Assembly (NCBI GenBank): GCA_964016885.1
Contig: OZ024741.1
Location: 312,294,001 to 312,358,000, forward strand
Direction of reading: 5' to 3'
Length of the DNA: 64,000 nt
Source: Eledone cirrhosa
Taxonomy: Eukaryota
Shown here in pieces: positions 29,146-40,805 of the stretch. The notes beneath the pieces were generated by a model. It ran no database searches. It was not told where the DNA came from and was given only the letters and a program-made list of their open reading frames with translations. A program made the translations under genes and the position numbers. Each line of letters begins with the position of its first letter. Within the stretch, counting starts at the first letter, position 1.

Positions 29146-32100
29146 AGAGACTTTTATTTCCAGTTACCTTATAAACATGACTTTCCGTATTTATTACTGT
29201 TATGAGATATTGATTGTTTTTTGGGGTATCACTTCTCTGTTTTTAGCCTAAGAAAATATCTATATGCGTGTGTAAATACTTACATGCATACATTTATTTT
29301 TTAAAATTAATTGAGTTCTTAACACGCGGAATTAATAATGGTTTTGAAATAACTAATTAACCCGCGTGTATTAAATATTTTACTCTTAATTTGGCCCGAA
29401 ATTTACATTCCCAAATGCCTTTTAAAGCGTAACATTCCGTATTTATTACAGTTATGAGATGTGGTTTGTTATTTAGGTATCACTTTCTCTGTTTTTAGCC
29501 TAAGAAATTATCTATATTTGTGTGTAATTAATACACGCTTACATTTATTTAAAAAAAATTAATTGAGTTCTTAACACACATGATTGATACTGTTTTTGAA
29601 AAAACTAATTAACCCAGGTGTATACTATTTTACTTTTCTTGTGACTCGTGGTTGTCTCCCTTTTCCGCTTCGTGACGCTATGATACTTCCTCAGTCAAAA
29701 GAGTGCTGGAATTTCAAATTTGGCGGTCATTCGATGCGTGAAGGGACAACTTAGCGGAAACGAAAATTAACAGCGGTACGGAATTTTTTCTTACATCAAA
29801 GTTTAATGGGCTTCCACTGACGATTCATAAGTGCCCACGTAAATATATTCTTACATGAAAATATGTTAGGCTTCTACATAAACTGGAAACATTCTCCCAA
29901 CTTGTAGAAAACTTATAATGAAACAATTGTTTTGAAAGAGAGATATATTTTAACTTTAATTATGTCTCATATAAAATAATACAACTGGCTTTCCACAAAA
30001 TACATATAGTTAGCACCCGAAATACTTAAATTAGGTTGATACTAACGTATAACCTAATGTTTGTTGAGTGAGATGGTTACCAGTCGGAGTTTAGCTTAAA
30101 GCTATCTCTGTTATTGTATTAAATATTTTACTCTTGATTTGGCCAGAGACTTTTATTTCCAGTTACCTTATAAACATGACTTTCCGTATTTATTACTGTT
30201 ATGAGATATTGATTGTTTTTTGGGGTATCACTTCTCTGTTTTTAGCCTAAGAAAATATCTATATGCGTGTGTAAATACTTACATGCATACATTAATTTTT
30301 TCAAGTTAATTGAGTTCTTAACACGCGGAATTAATAATGGTTTTGAAATAACTAATTAACCCGCGTGTAATAAATATTTTACTCTTAATTTGGCCAGAGA
30401 TTTACACTCCTAAATGCCTTTTAAAGCGTAACTTTCCGTATTTATTACAGTTATGAGATGTGGTTTGTTATTTAGGTATCACTTTCTCTGTTCTTAGCCT
30501 AAGAAATTATCTATATTTGTGTGTAATTAATACACGCTTACATTTATTTAAAAAAAATTAATTGAGTTCTTAACACGCGGGATTGATACTGTTTTTGAAA
30601 AAACTAATTAACCCAGGTGTATATTATTTTACTTTTCTTGTGACTCGTGGTTGTCTCCCTTTTCCGCTTCGTGACGCTATGATACTTCCTCAGCCAAAAG
30701 AGTGCTGGAATTTCAAATTTCGCGGTCATTCGATGCGTGAAGGGACAACTTAGCGGACACGAAAATTAACTGCGGTAAGGAATTTTTTCTTTTATCAAAG
30801 TTTAATGGGCTTCCACTGACGATTTATAAGTGCCCACCTAAATATATTCTTACATGAAAATATGTTAGGCTTCTACATAAACTGGAAAGATTCTCCCAAC
30901 TTGTAGAAAACTTATAATGAAACAATTGTTTGGAAAGAGAGATATATTTTAACTTTAATTATGTCTCATATAAAATAATACAACTGGCTTTCCACAAAAT
31001 ACATATAGTTAGCACCCGAAACACTTAAATTAGGTTTATACTAACGTATAACCTAATGTTTGTTGAGTAAGATGGTTACCAGTCGGAGTTTAGCTTAAAG
31101 CTATCTCTGTTATTGTATTAAATATTTTACTCTTGATTTGGCCAGAGACTTTTATTTCCAGGTACCTTATAAACATGACTTTCCGTATTTATTACTGTTA
31201 TGAGATATTGATTGTTTTTTGGGGTATCACTTCTCTGTTTTTAGCCTAAGAAAATATCTATATGCGTGTGTAAATACTTACATGCATACATTTATTTTTT
31301 AAAATTAATTGAGTTCTTAACACGCGGAATTAATAATTGTTTTGAAATAACTAATTAACCCGCGTGTATTAAATATTTTACTCTTAATTTGGCCCGAGAT
31401 TTACATTCCCAAATGCCTTTTAAAGCGTAACATTCCGTATTTATTACAGTTATGAGATGTGGTTTGTTATTTAGGTATCACTTTCTCTGTTTTTAGCCTA
31501 AGAAATTATCTATATTTGTGTGTAATTAATACACGCTTACATTTATTTAAAAAAAATTAATTGAGTTCTTAACACGTATGATTGATACTGTTTTTGAAAA
31601 AACTAATTAACCCAGGTGTATACTATTTTACTTTTCTTGTGACTCGTGGTTGTCTCCCTTTTCCGCTTCGTGACGCTATGATACTTCCTGAGTCAAAAGA
31701 GTGCTGGAATTTCAAATTTGGCGGTCATTCGATGCGTGAAGGGACAACTTAGCGGAAACGAAAATTAACAGCGGTACGGAATTTTTTCTCATATCAAAGT
31801 TTAATGGGCTTCCACTGACGATTCATAAGTGCCCACGTAAATATATTCTTACATGAAAATATGTTAGGCTTCTACATAAACTGGAAACATTCTCCCAACT
31901 TGTAGAAAACTTATAATGAAACAATTGTTTTGAAAGAGAGATATATTTTAACTTTAATTATGTCTCATATAAAATAATACAACTGGCTTTCCACAAAATA
32001 CATATAGTTAGCACCCGAAATACTTAAATTAGGTTGATACTAACGTATAACCTAATGTTTGTTGAGTGAGATGGTTACCAGTCGGAGTTTAGCTTAAAGC

Positions 32101-35100
32101 TATCTCTGTTATTGTATTAAATATTTTACTCTTGATTTGGCCAGAGACTTTTATTTCCAGTTACCTTATAAACATGACTTTCCGTATTTATTACTGTTAT
32201 GAGATATTGATTGTTTTTTGGGGTATCACTTCTCTGTTTTTAGCCTAAGAAAATATCTATATGCGTGTGTAAATACTTACATGCATACATTAATTTTTTC
32301 AAGTTAATTGAGTTCTTAACACGCGGAATTAATAATGGTTTTGAAACAACTAATTAACCCGCGTGTATTAAATATTTTACTCTTAATTTGGCCAAAGATT
32401 TACATTCCCAAATGCCATTTAAAGCGTAACTTTCCGTATTTATTTCAGTTATGAGATGTCGTTTGTTACTTAGGTATCACTTTCTCTGTTTTTAGCCTAA
32501 GAAAATATCTATAATTGTGTGTAATTAATACACGCATACATTTATTTAAAAAAAATTGAGTTCTTAACTCGCAGGATTGATAATTTTTTTGAAAATATAA
32601 TTAACCCACGTGTATATTATTTTACTTTTCTCGTGACTAGTGGTTGTCTCCCTTTTCCGCTTCGTGACGCTATGGTACTTGCTCAGTCAAAAGAGTGCTG
32701 GAATTTCAAATTTGGCGGTCATTCGATGCGTGAAGGGACAACTTAGCGGACACCAAAATTAACTGCGGTAAGGAATTTTTTCTTATATCAAAGTTTAATG
32801 GTCTTCCAATGACGATTTATAAGTGACCACCTAAATATATTCTTACATGGAAATATGTTAGGCTTCTACATAAACTGGAAACATTCTCCCAACTTGTAGA
32901 AAACTTATAATGAAACATTGTTTGGAAAGGGAGATATATTTTAACTTTAATTATGTCTCATATAAAATAATACAACTGGCTTTCCACAAAATACATATAG
33001 TTAGCACCCGAAACACTTAAATTAGGTTTATACTAACGTATAACCTAATGTTTGTTGAGTGAGATGGTTACCAGTCGGAGTTTAACATAAAGCTATCTCT
33101 GTTATTGTATTAAATATTTTACTCTTGATTTGGCCAGAGACTTTTATTTCCAGGTACCTTATAAACATGACTTTCCGTATTTATTACTGTTATGAGATAT
33201 TGTTTGTTTTTTGGGGTATCACTTCTCTGTTTTTAGCCTAAGAAAATATCTATATGCGTGTGTAAATACTTACATGCATACATTTATTTTTTTTAATTAA
33301 TTGAGTTCTTAACACGCGGAATTAATAATGGTTTTGAAATAACTAATTAACCCGCGTTTATTAAATATTTTACTCTTAATTTGGCCAGAGATTTACATTC
33401 CCAAATGCCATTTAAAGCGTAACTTTCCGTATTTATTTCAGTTAAGAGATGTCGTTTGTTACTTAGGTATCACTTTCTCTGTTTTTAGCCTAAGAAAATA
33501 TCTATATATGTGTGTAATTAATACACGCATACATTTATTTAAAAAAAATTGAGTTCTTAACTCGCTGGATTGATAATGTTTTTGAAAATATAATTAACCC
33601 ACGTGTATATTATTTTACTTTTCCCGTGACTAGTGGTTGTCTCCCTTTTCCGCTTCGTGACGCTATGATACTTGCTCAGTCAAAAGAGTGCTGGAATTTC
33701 AAATTTGGCGGTCATTCGATGCGTGAAGGGACAGCTTAGCGGACACCAAAATTAACTGCGGTAAGGAATTTGTTCTTATATCAAAGTTTAATGGGCTTCC
33801 ACTGACGATTTATAAGTACCCACCTAAATATATTCTTACATGAAAATATTTTAGGCTTCTACATATACTGGAAACATTCTCCCAACTTGCAGAAAACTTA
33901 TAATGAAACAATTGTTTGGAAAGAGAGATATATTTTAAATTTAATTATGTCTCATATAAAATAATACAACTGGCTTTCCACAAAATACATATAGTTAGCA
34001 GCCCAAACACTTAAATTAGGTTTATACTAACGTATAACCTAATGTTTGTTGAGTGAGATGGTTACCAGTCGGAGTTTAGCTTAAAGCTATCACTGTTATT
34101 GTATTAAATATTTTACTCTTGATTTGGCCAGAGACTTTTATTTCCAGGTACCTTATAAACATGACTTTCCGTATTTATTACTGTTATGAGATATTGTTTG
34201 TTTTTTTGGGTATCACTTCTCTGTTTTTAGCCTAAGAAAATATCTATATGCGTGTGTAAATACTTACATGCATACATTAATTTTTTTAAGTTAATTGAGT
34301 TCTTAACACGCGGAATTAATAATGGTTTTGAAATAACTAATTAACCCGCGTGTAATAAATATTTTACTCTTAATTTGGCCAGAGATTTACATTCCCAAAT
34401 GCCTTTTAAAGCGTAACTTTCCGTATTTATTACAGTTATGAGATGTGGTTTGTTATTTAGGTATCACTTTCTCTGTTCTTAGCCTAAGAAAATATCTATA
34501 TTTGTGGGTAATTAATACACGCATACATTTATTTAAAAAAAATTAATTGAGTTCTTAACACGCATGATTGATAATATTTTTGAAAATCAATTACTCCGGG
34601 TGTATATTATTTTACTTTTCTCGTGACTCGTTGTTGTCTCCCTTTTCCGCTTCGTGACGCTATGATACTTCCTCAGTCAAAAGAGTGCTGGAATTTCAAA
34701 TTTGGCGGTCATTCGATGCGTGAAGGGACAACTTAGCGGACACGAAAATTAACTGAGGTAAGCAATTTTTTCTTTTATCAAAGTTTAATGGGCTTCCACT
34801 GACGATTTATAAGTGCCCACCTAAATATATTCTTACATGAAAATATATTAGGCTTCTACATAAACTGGAAACATTCTCCCAACTTGTTGAAAACTTATAA
34901 TGAAACAATTGTTTGGAAAGAGAGATATATTTTAACTTTAATTATGTCTCATATAAAATAATAAACTGGCTTTCCACAAAATACATATAGTTAGCACCCG
35001 AAACACTTAAATTAGGTTTATACTAACGTATAACCTAATGTTTGTCGAGTGAGATGGTTACCAGTCGGAGTTTAGCTTAAAGCTATCTCTGTTATAGTAT

Positions 35101-37085
35101 TAAATATTTTACTCTTGATTTGGCCAGAGACTTTTATTTCCGGGTACCTTATAAACATGACTTTCCGTATTTATTACTGTTATGAGATATTGTTTGTTTT
35201 TTGGGGTATCACTTCTCTGTTTTTAGCCTGAGAAAATATGTATATGCGTGTGTAAATACTTACATGCATACATTTATTTTTTTAAATTAATTGAGTTCTT
35301 AACACGCGGAATTAATAATGGTTTTGAAATAACTAATTAACCCGCGTTTATTAAATATTTTACTCTTAATTTGGCCAGAGATTTACATTCCCAAATGCCT
35401 TTTAAAGCGTACCTTTATTACAGTTATGAGATGTGGTTTGTTATTTAGGTATCACTTTCTCTGTTTTTAGCCTAAGAAATTATCTATATTTGTTTCGTAA
35501 TTAATACACGCTTACATTTATTTAAAAAAAATTAATTGAGTTCTTAACACGCAGGATTGATAATGTTTTTGAAAATCAATTACTCCGGGTGTATATTATT
35601 TTACTTTTCTCGTGACTCGTGGTTGTCTCCCTTTTCCGCTTCGTGACGCTATGATACTTCCTCAGTCAAAAGAGTGCTGGAATTTCAAATTTGGCGGTCA
35701 TTCGATGCGTGAAGGGACAACTTAGCGGACACGAAAATTAACTGCGGTAAGGAATTTTTTCTTTTATCAAAGTTTAATGGGCTTCCACTGACGATTTATA
35801 AGTGCCCACCTAAATATATTCTTACATGAAAATATGTTAGGCTTCTACATAAACTGGAAACATTCTCCCAACTTGTTGAAAACTTATAATGAAACAATTG
35901 TTTGGAAAGAGAGATATATTTTAACATTAATTATGTCTCATATAAAATAATACAACTGGTTTTCCACAAAATACATATAGTTAGCACTCAAACACTTAAA
36001 TTAGGTTTATACTAATATATAACCTAATGTTTGTTGAGTGAGATGGTTACCAGTCGGAGTTTAGCTTAAAGCTATCTCTGTTATTGTATTAAATATATTA
36101 TTCTTGATTTGGCCAGAGACTTTTATTTCCAGGTACCTTATAAACATGACTTTCCGTATTTATTACTGTTATGAGATATTGTTTGTTTTTTGGGTATCAC
36201 TTCTCTGTTTTTAGCCTAAGAAAATATCTATATGCGTGTGTAAATACTTACATGCATACATTTATTTTTTTTATTTAATTGAGTTCTTAACACGCGGAAT
36301 TAATAATGGTTTTGAAATAACTAATTAACCCGCGTGTATTAAATATTTTGCTCTTTATTTGGCCAGAGATTTACATTCCCAAATGCCTTTTAAAGCGTAA
36401 CTTTCCGTATTTATTACAGTTATGAGATGTGGTTTGTTATTTAGGTATCACTTTCTCTGTTTTTAGCCTAAGAAAATATCTATATTTGTGTGTAATTAAT
36501 ACACGCATACATTTATTTAAAAAATATTAATTGAGTTCTTAACACGCATGATTGATAATGTTTTTGAAAAAACTAATTAACCCACGTGTATATTATTTTA
36601 CTTTTCTCGTGACTCGTGGTTGTCTCCCTTTTCCGCTTCGTGATGCTATGATACTTCCTCAGTCAAAAGTCTGCTGGAATTTCAAATTTGGCGGTCATTC
36701 GATGCGTGAAGGGACAACTTAGCGGACACGAAAATTAACTGCGGTAAGGAATTTTTTCTTATATCAAAGTTTAATGGGCTTCCACTGACGATTTATAAGT
36801 GCCCACCTAAATATATTCTTACATGAAAATATGTTAGGCTTCTACATAAACTGGAAACATTCTCCCAACTTGTAGAAAACTTATAATGAAACAATTGTTT
36901 GGAAAGAGAGATATATTTTAACTTTAATTATATCTCATATAAAATAATACAACTGGCTTTCCACAAAATACATATAGTTAGCACCCGAAACACTTAAATT
37001 AGGTTTATACTAACGTATAACCTAATGTTTGTTGAGTGAGATGGATACCAGTCGGAGTTTAGCTTAAAGTTATCTGTTATTGTAT

Positions 37086-37090
<5 letters not shown>
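29146..37090 (+). repeat. Long-monomer layer (~1 kb) containing a diverged ~250-bp internal tandem duplication
   Basis: After ...TTAACCCGCGTG each unit restarts with TATTAAATATTTTACTCTTAATTTGGCC and a diverged second copy of the first ~250 bp. Confidence 0.95.
36780..36904 (+). ncRNA. Type I hammerhead ribozyme motif, last monomer
   Basis: TTCCA-CTGACGA-TTTATAAGT...ACTTATAAT-GAAA-CAATTG-TT-TGGAA is intact in the terminal long-type monomer. Confidence 0.85.

Positions 37091-37132
<42 letters not shown>
37089..37132. repeat. (TA)n microsatellite at the array boundary
   Basis: Direct reading. Confidence 0.98.
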
Positions 37133-37133
<1 letters not shown>

Positions 37134-37134
<1 letters not shown>

Positions 37135-37157
37135 TACACCTACGGTAGTAGGTGTAT
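37134..37157. repeat. Perfect 10-bp hairpin, possible Helentron/HINE-type terminus
   Basis: ATACACCTAC-GGTA-GTAGGTGTAT. The shape resembles the terminal inverted repeat of DINE-1/HINE-type elements (inference). Confidence 0.45.
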
Positions 37158-37437
37158 AGTATTCTTAAGGTCCCATTTCGGTCACTCGAGACACCTTCAA
37201 TGATTTGTCACTAATTCAATTTTTGATAGAATTGGATGCGGCTTCCTGCACTTTAAAGGACTACAGATAAGCTACTTTTTGACATAAAAATACTGAAATT
37301 TTGTTCAGTAGAAAAAAGTTACATAAAAATAAGTGAGGACCAAATGAGTGTAAGGATCTACATACATAACTAACGCTTAGTTTGTTTCTAATTTCTAATA
37401 CATTAAAATACTGATAGATTGTGCAATAGCGAATTGT

Positions 37438-37510
37438 GGTCAGGTAGCTCAGTCGGTAGAGTAGCGGACCGGGAATCCGAAGGTCGTGTGTTCGATTCCC
37501 ACCCTGATTA
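37438..37510 (+). pseudogene. tRNA-like sequence (nominal anticodon GGG), probably a pseudogene or element-borne tRNA head
   Basis: Cloverleaf: acceptor GGTCAGG/CCTGATT, D arm GCTC/GAGT, anticodon arm GCGGA/TCCGA with loop CCGGGAA, T arm GTGTG/CCCAC with TTCGATT loop; TTTT follows at 37512. It has stem mismatches and C instead of U33. Confidence 0.75.
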
Positions 37511-37623
37511 CTTTTCCTATCTGCACTTCTTCCTATTCATTATTATTTATTTAACTTATTTGTTGATAAATATTTTTAATATTAATTTAATATCCTTGCA
37601 TTGCCTGGAAAAAAAGTGGATTA

Positions 37624-38986
37624 CAGGGAAAAATGCGGGCGCATGTAAAGAAATATTCTTAAATTAAGAAACCTAGAAAAGTAAAGGACAAGTTATTACA
37701 CCTAGAAAAGTAAAGGACAAGAAAATTTCTTCTTAAAACTTCTTAAAATATTGCAGCTAAAGTCTAAATTTGAAAAAAAATATTTAGATTATAAAACTAA
37801 AAATAAATAATTATAAGTTAATTGTTAAAAAAATATCACTTTAAAGGACTGGAAAAATGACTGTCTTATAGGAAGAGTTGACTACTGTATACTTAATTTT
37901 TTTCTTGGTGTATACAAATTAATCTTTTTAAAATAAAATTTGTACAATAATTTGTACAATAATTTGTACAATAAGTAATAAATAATTATCGACCCCGTAA
38001 GGATGAAAGGCAAAGTCAACCTCGGCGGGATTTGAACTCAGATCATAAAGGGACGTAACTATGCTGGAAAGCATGGCGTCCGACCCTCTACTGATACTGT
38101 CAATCCACCGCCCTTTTTTTATTAATAAATAATAATAATAATAATTAATATGTATAATTTATTAATTTATGTTATAAGATATTTAAACATTTTCACTCTT
38201 AATCAAATTATATTTTTAAAAATTTAGTTATAAAATAATGCAGTAAAATAAATCAAAAACAGTGCATCATATAAATGCATTTTTTATGAGTATTACAGAT
38301 TTTTTTTATAATATAGTAAAATTCAACATCTCAAGAGGCAAAATTAGGTAAAAGTCAATTCATCAATTATTCATTTATAGTGAATCAATCAATTATAGTG
38401 AATTCATCAATTCATTAGATGAACTTTTGAATTAGACAATGTTTAATTTTTAATTGTAGTCTAATTTTACTCTACCTAAAAATGTAGATTGGTTATTTTG
38501 ATCTTTGACAGGTCTTAAATTTCATTATTAAACAATTATAATTTGTTATTATTTATCATTACAGTTGGCTCCTTAATTAATTATTAATTAATTGTTAGTG
38601 TCATTTACACGCCAACATTTTGTTTTATTTGATGTTTATAATTGTCACTCATTTTTTCAGTCCCATTTAGTAAAGTAAAATAAAGTATATTTATTTAATG
38701 ACCCAACCACTATGTAGTAAATTAGGATCACAAAATTAAATAAATGATCATAAATTAGTATTATTATCAATTAGAGAGTCAACTGTATTATTAGAATTTA
38801 TCACTTTCTATGTATATTTAAATATAATATTTTTTATTATTCAAAGTTATACTATAGCTGCAATATTTTAAGAAGTTTTAAGAAGTTTTCTTGTCCTTTA
38901 CTTTTCCAGGTGTAATAACTTGTCCTTTACTTTTCTAGATTTATTAATTTAAGAATATTTCTTACATGCGCCCGCATTTTTCCCTG
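37624..38986. mobile_element. Non-autonomous DNA transposon with ~140-bp TIRs and TA flanks
   Basis: TA|CAGGGAAAAATGCGGGCGCATGTAA... (37624-37763) is the reverse complement of ...TTACATGCGCCCGCATTTTTCCCTG|TA (38851-38986). Each TIR has a duplicated CCTAGAAAAGTAAAGGACAAG-type motif. No transposase ORF is visible. Confidence 0.9.
37986..38113 (-). mobile_element. tRNA-derived SINE, 3'-truncated, nested in the TIR element
   Basis: The minus strand has a B box GAGTTCAAATC and the core GCCTTTCATCCTTACGGGGTCGATAA; homologous to three other copies in the window. Confidence 0.85.
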
Positions 38987-39017
38987 TAATATATATATAT
39001 ATATATATATAGATATA

Positions 39018-39519
39018 TTTCTTTATTAGCCACAGGGGCACAAAAGAAGGGGACAAATACAAAGGGGGAAGTTTACATACAATAAAAACGTGTAAAATGT
39101 TATCACAGATGGAATTTAAAAGTTAGTCGATTTTCCCCAATAGAGGGAGACAGTTTATATGGGTAACACATACCCCCGAAAAAAATGTGCAACCCTCATC
39201 TCCAGGAGTACGAAGAGCTTGTACTCCTTTCCTCTCCTCCTCCTTTTCCTCAATCTACAGGCTGATATAGAGAGAAGGCCCATTCACTCGGGCCATTCTC
39301 GCCACTTTCACCCACCTTTCATAAAACTTGCTGGGGTACAGCACCTCTCTCTCCATCCTGATTCTTCTTCCAAAGTGGTATTTGAAAAAAAGAATCAGTT
39401 GTTGGCCGGAGAGAAAGGTGTCTGACGTCAGCCCTTTCAACCTTGTCCACCATACAACCTCTTTCGCCATAGCTATCACACAAAGGAAAACCGCCTCTCC
39501 TTCGTTTTTGGCGGTTTGA
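39018..39519 (-). mobile_element. 5'-truncated 3' end of a Tx1/L1-type LINE
   Basis: Peptide AMAKEVVWWTRLKG...FYERWVKVARMARVNGPSL matches the ORF2 C-terminus of the element at 46956-52792; AATAAA at the 3' end; (TA)n on both sides. Confidence 0.85.
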
Positions 39520-39565
39520 TCTATATATATATATATATATATATATATAGATAGATATATAGATA

Positions 39566-39930
39566 TATTAATAAGAGGAATTCCAACTTTGTCTGATTTA
39601 CTCGTTTTATTTACAATCCTTTAAAATTTATAATGGTATTATAATGAAATAGTATGATAGAATATTAAATTCATGCTTTCGCAATCTTCCGGTTCATAAT
39701 ATGTGGTGACAGTCAAGTTTGCAATTTTCAACTGACAGTTGAAAATTGCAAAGTTGATTGTCACCACATAATATGAACCTGAAGATTGCGAAAGCATGAA
39801 AGTACTTGTTCAATTAACACTTAGAATTTAATATTCTATCATACTATTTCATTATAATACCATTATAAATTTTAAAGGATTGTAAATAAAACGAGTAAAT
39901 CAGAAAAAGTTGGAATTCCTCTTATTAATA
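39566..39930. repeat. ~365-bp near-perfect palindrome, likely an inverted Penelope-like pseudo-LTR
   Basis: The arms mirror around ...TTTTCAACTG-A-CAGTTGAAAA (centre 39735); the right arm has an extra 26 bp and contains a hammerhead motif. Confidence 0.9.
39774..39812 (+). ncRNA. Minimal type I hammerhead motif
   Basis: TGAAC-CTGAAGA-T-TGC GAAA GCA-T-GAAA-GTAC-TT-GTTCA: stem I TGAAC/GTTCA, GAAA-capped stem II, palindromic stem III. Confidence 0.8.
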
Positions 39931-39960
39931 TAATCTTCTATACACAATCATACACACCCG

Positions 39961-40172
<212 letters not shown>

Positions 40173-40686
40173 ATTAGAGTATGGCGTTAACTGCACATGA
40201 CGGTTGTGAACGAAATAAAAAGAAGCGCTCGACGACCTGCATTAATGGTGCAAGCCGGAGCATTATATATTAATAAAAGATAATCCTCAGCGAAATATGT
40301 ATAACGGAGTTTAATAAACCTGAATCAACTGAATATGGCCTCCTATCTTTTATTAATATATATATGATGGCTGCAACTTGATTTCGAATAATGACATCCC
40401 TTGATACTGAAGCATGTGCATCACGGACATGGCTTTTCAGTCATGCTGGGGACTTGCCTATCGCCAGCAATACCATGAAACACAAAAACATGTCACCTAC
40501 CAAGCGATGTCTGTGCTTGAAGATATTTTAAGCGACGAAAGGCTTTGCACGGAGCCAATCCCACTCTCTGAACTTCGAATGCATTTGACCAAAAAGTAAA
40601 ACTGGTCTACATCATTCGCAGGGTTTATATCGGAGTGACCTTCTCCCAGGGAGATATCTTATTGAAGACTAGGAGTCTCTCGATCC

Positions 40687-40727
<41 letters not shown>

Positions 40728-40805
40728 CGAAGGAAGTGTGGTAAGGAAGCAGGTGGACCATAACACGCCAGAGAACTCGATACCTTGGGTATTAGAGTGG
40801 GTAAT

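Larger units (their letters stand above)
1..37090 (+). repeat. Tandem satellite array, ~47 monomers (39 x ~747 bp, then 8 x ~990-999 bp); runs off the left edge of the window
   Basis: The marker AG(A/T)GACTTTTATTTC recurs at 1, 747, 1495, 2242, 2989 ... 28399, 29146 (period 746-753). It then recurs at 30145, 31144, 32143, 33136, 34130, 35126 and 36115 (period 989-999). The array stops at the (TA)n tract near 37090. Confidence 0.99.

Noticed and set aside
1-37090. Array as CRISPR, rDNA/5S, snRNA or histone cluster
   Set aside because: No unique spacers and no recognisable rRNA, snRNA, tRNA or coding sequence in the monomer.
37438-37510. Functional tRNA-Pro(GGG)
   Set aside because: C33, mismatches in the anticodon and T stems, two G-U pairs at the acceptor end and an atypical anticodon.
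39802-39824. GT...AG segment missing from one palindrome arm, read as a spliced intron
   Set aside because: Only 23 nt long, and exact GT-AG removal does not reproduce the left-arm sequence; a 26-bp deletion at GAA microhomology does.
40367-40690. GC-richer segment possibly holding a ribozyme or exon
   Set aside because: I could not build a complete hammerhead or HDV fold or a convincing reading frame; probably an unclassified repeat fragment.
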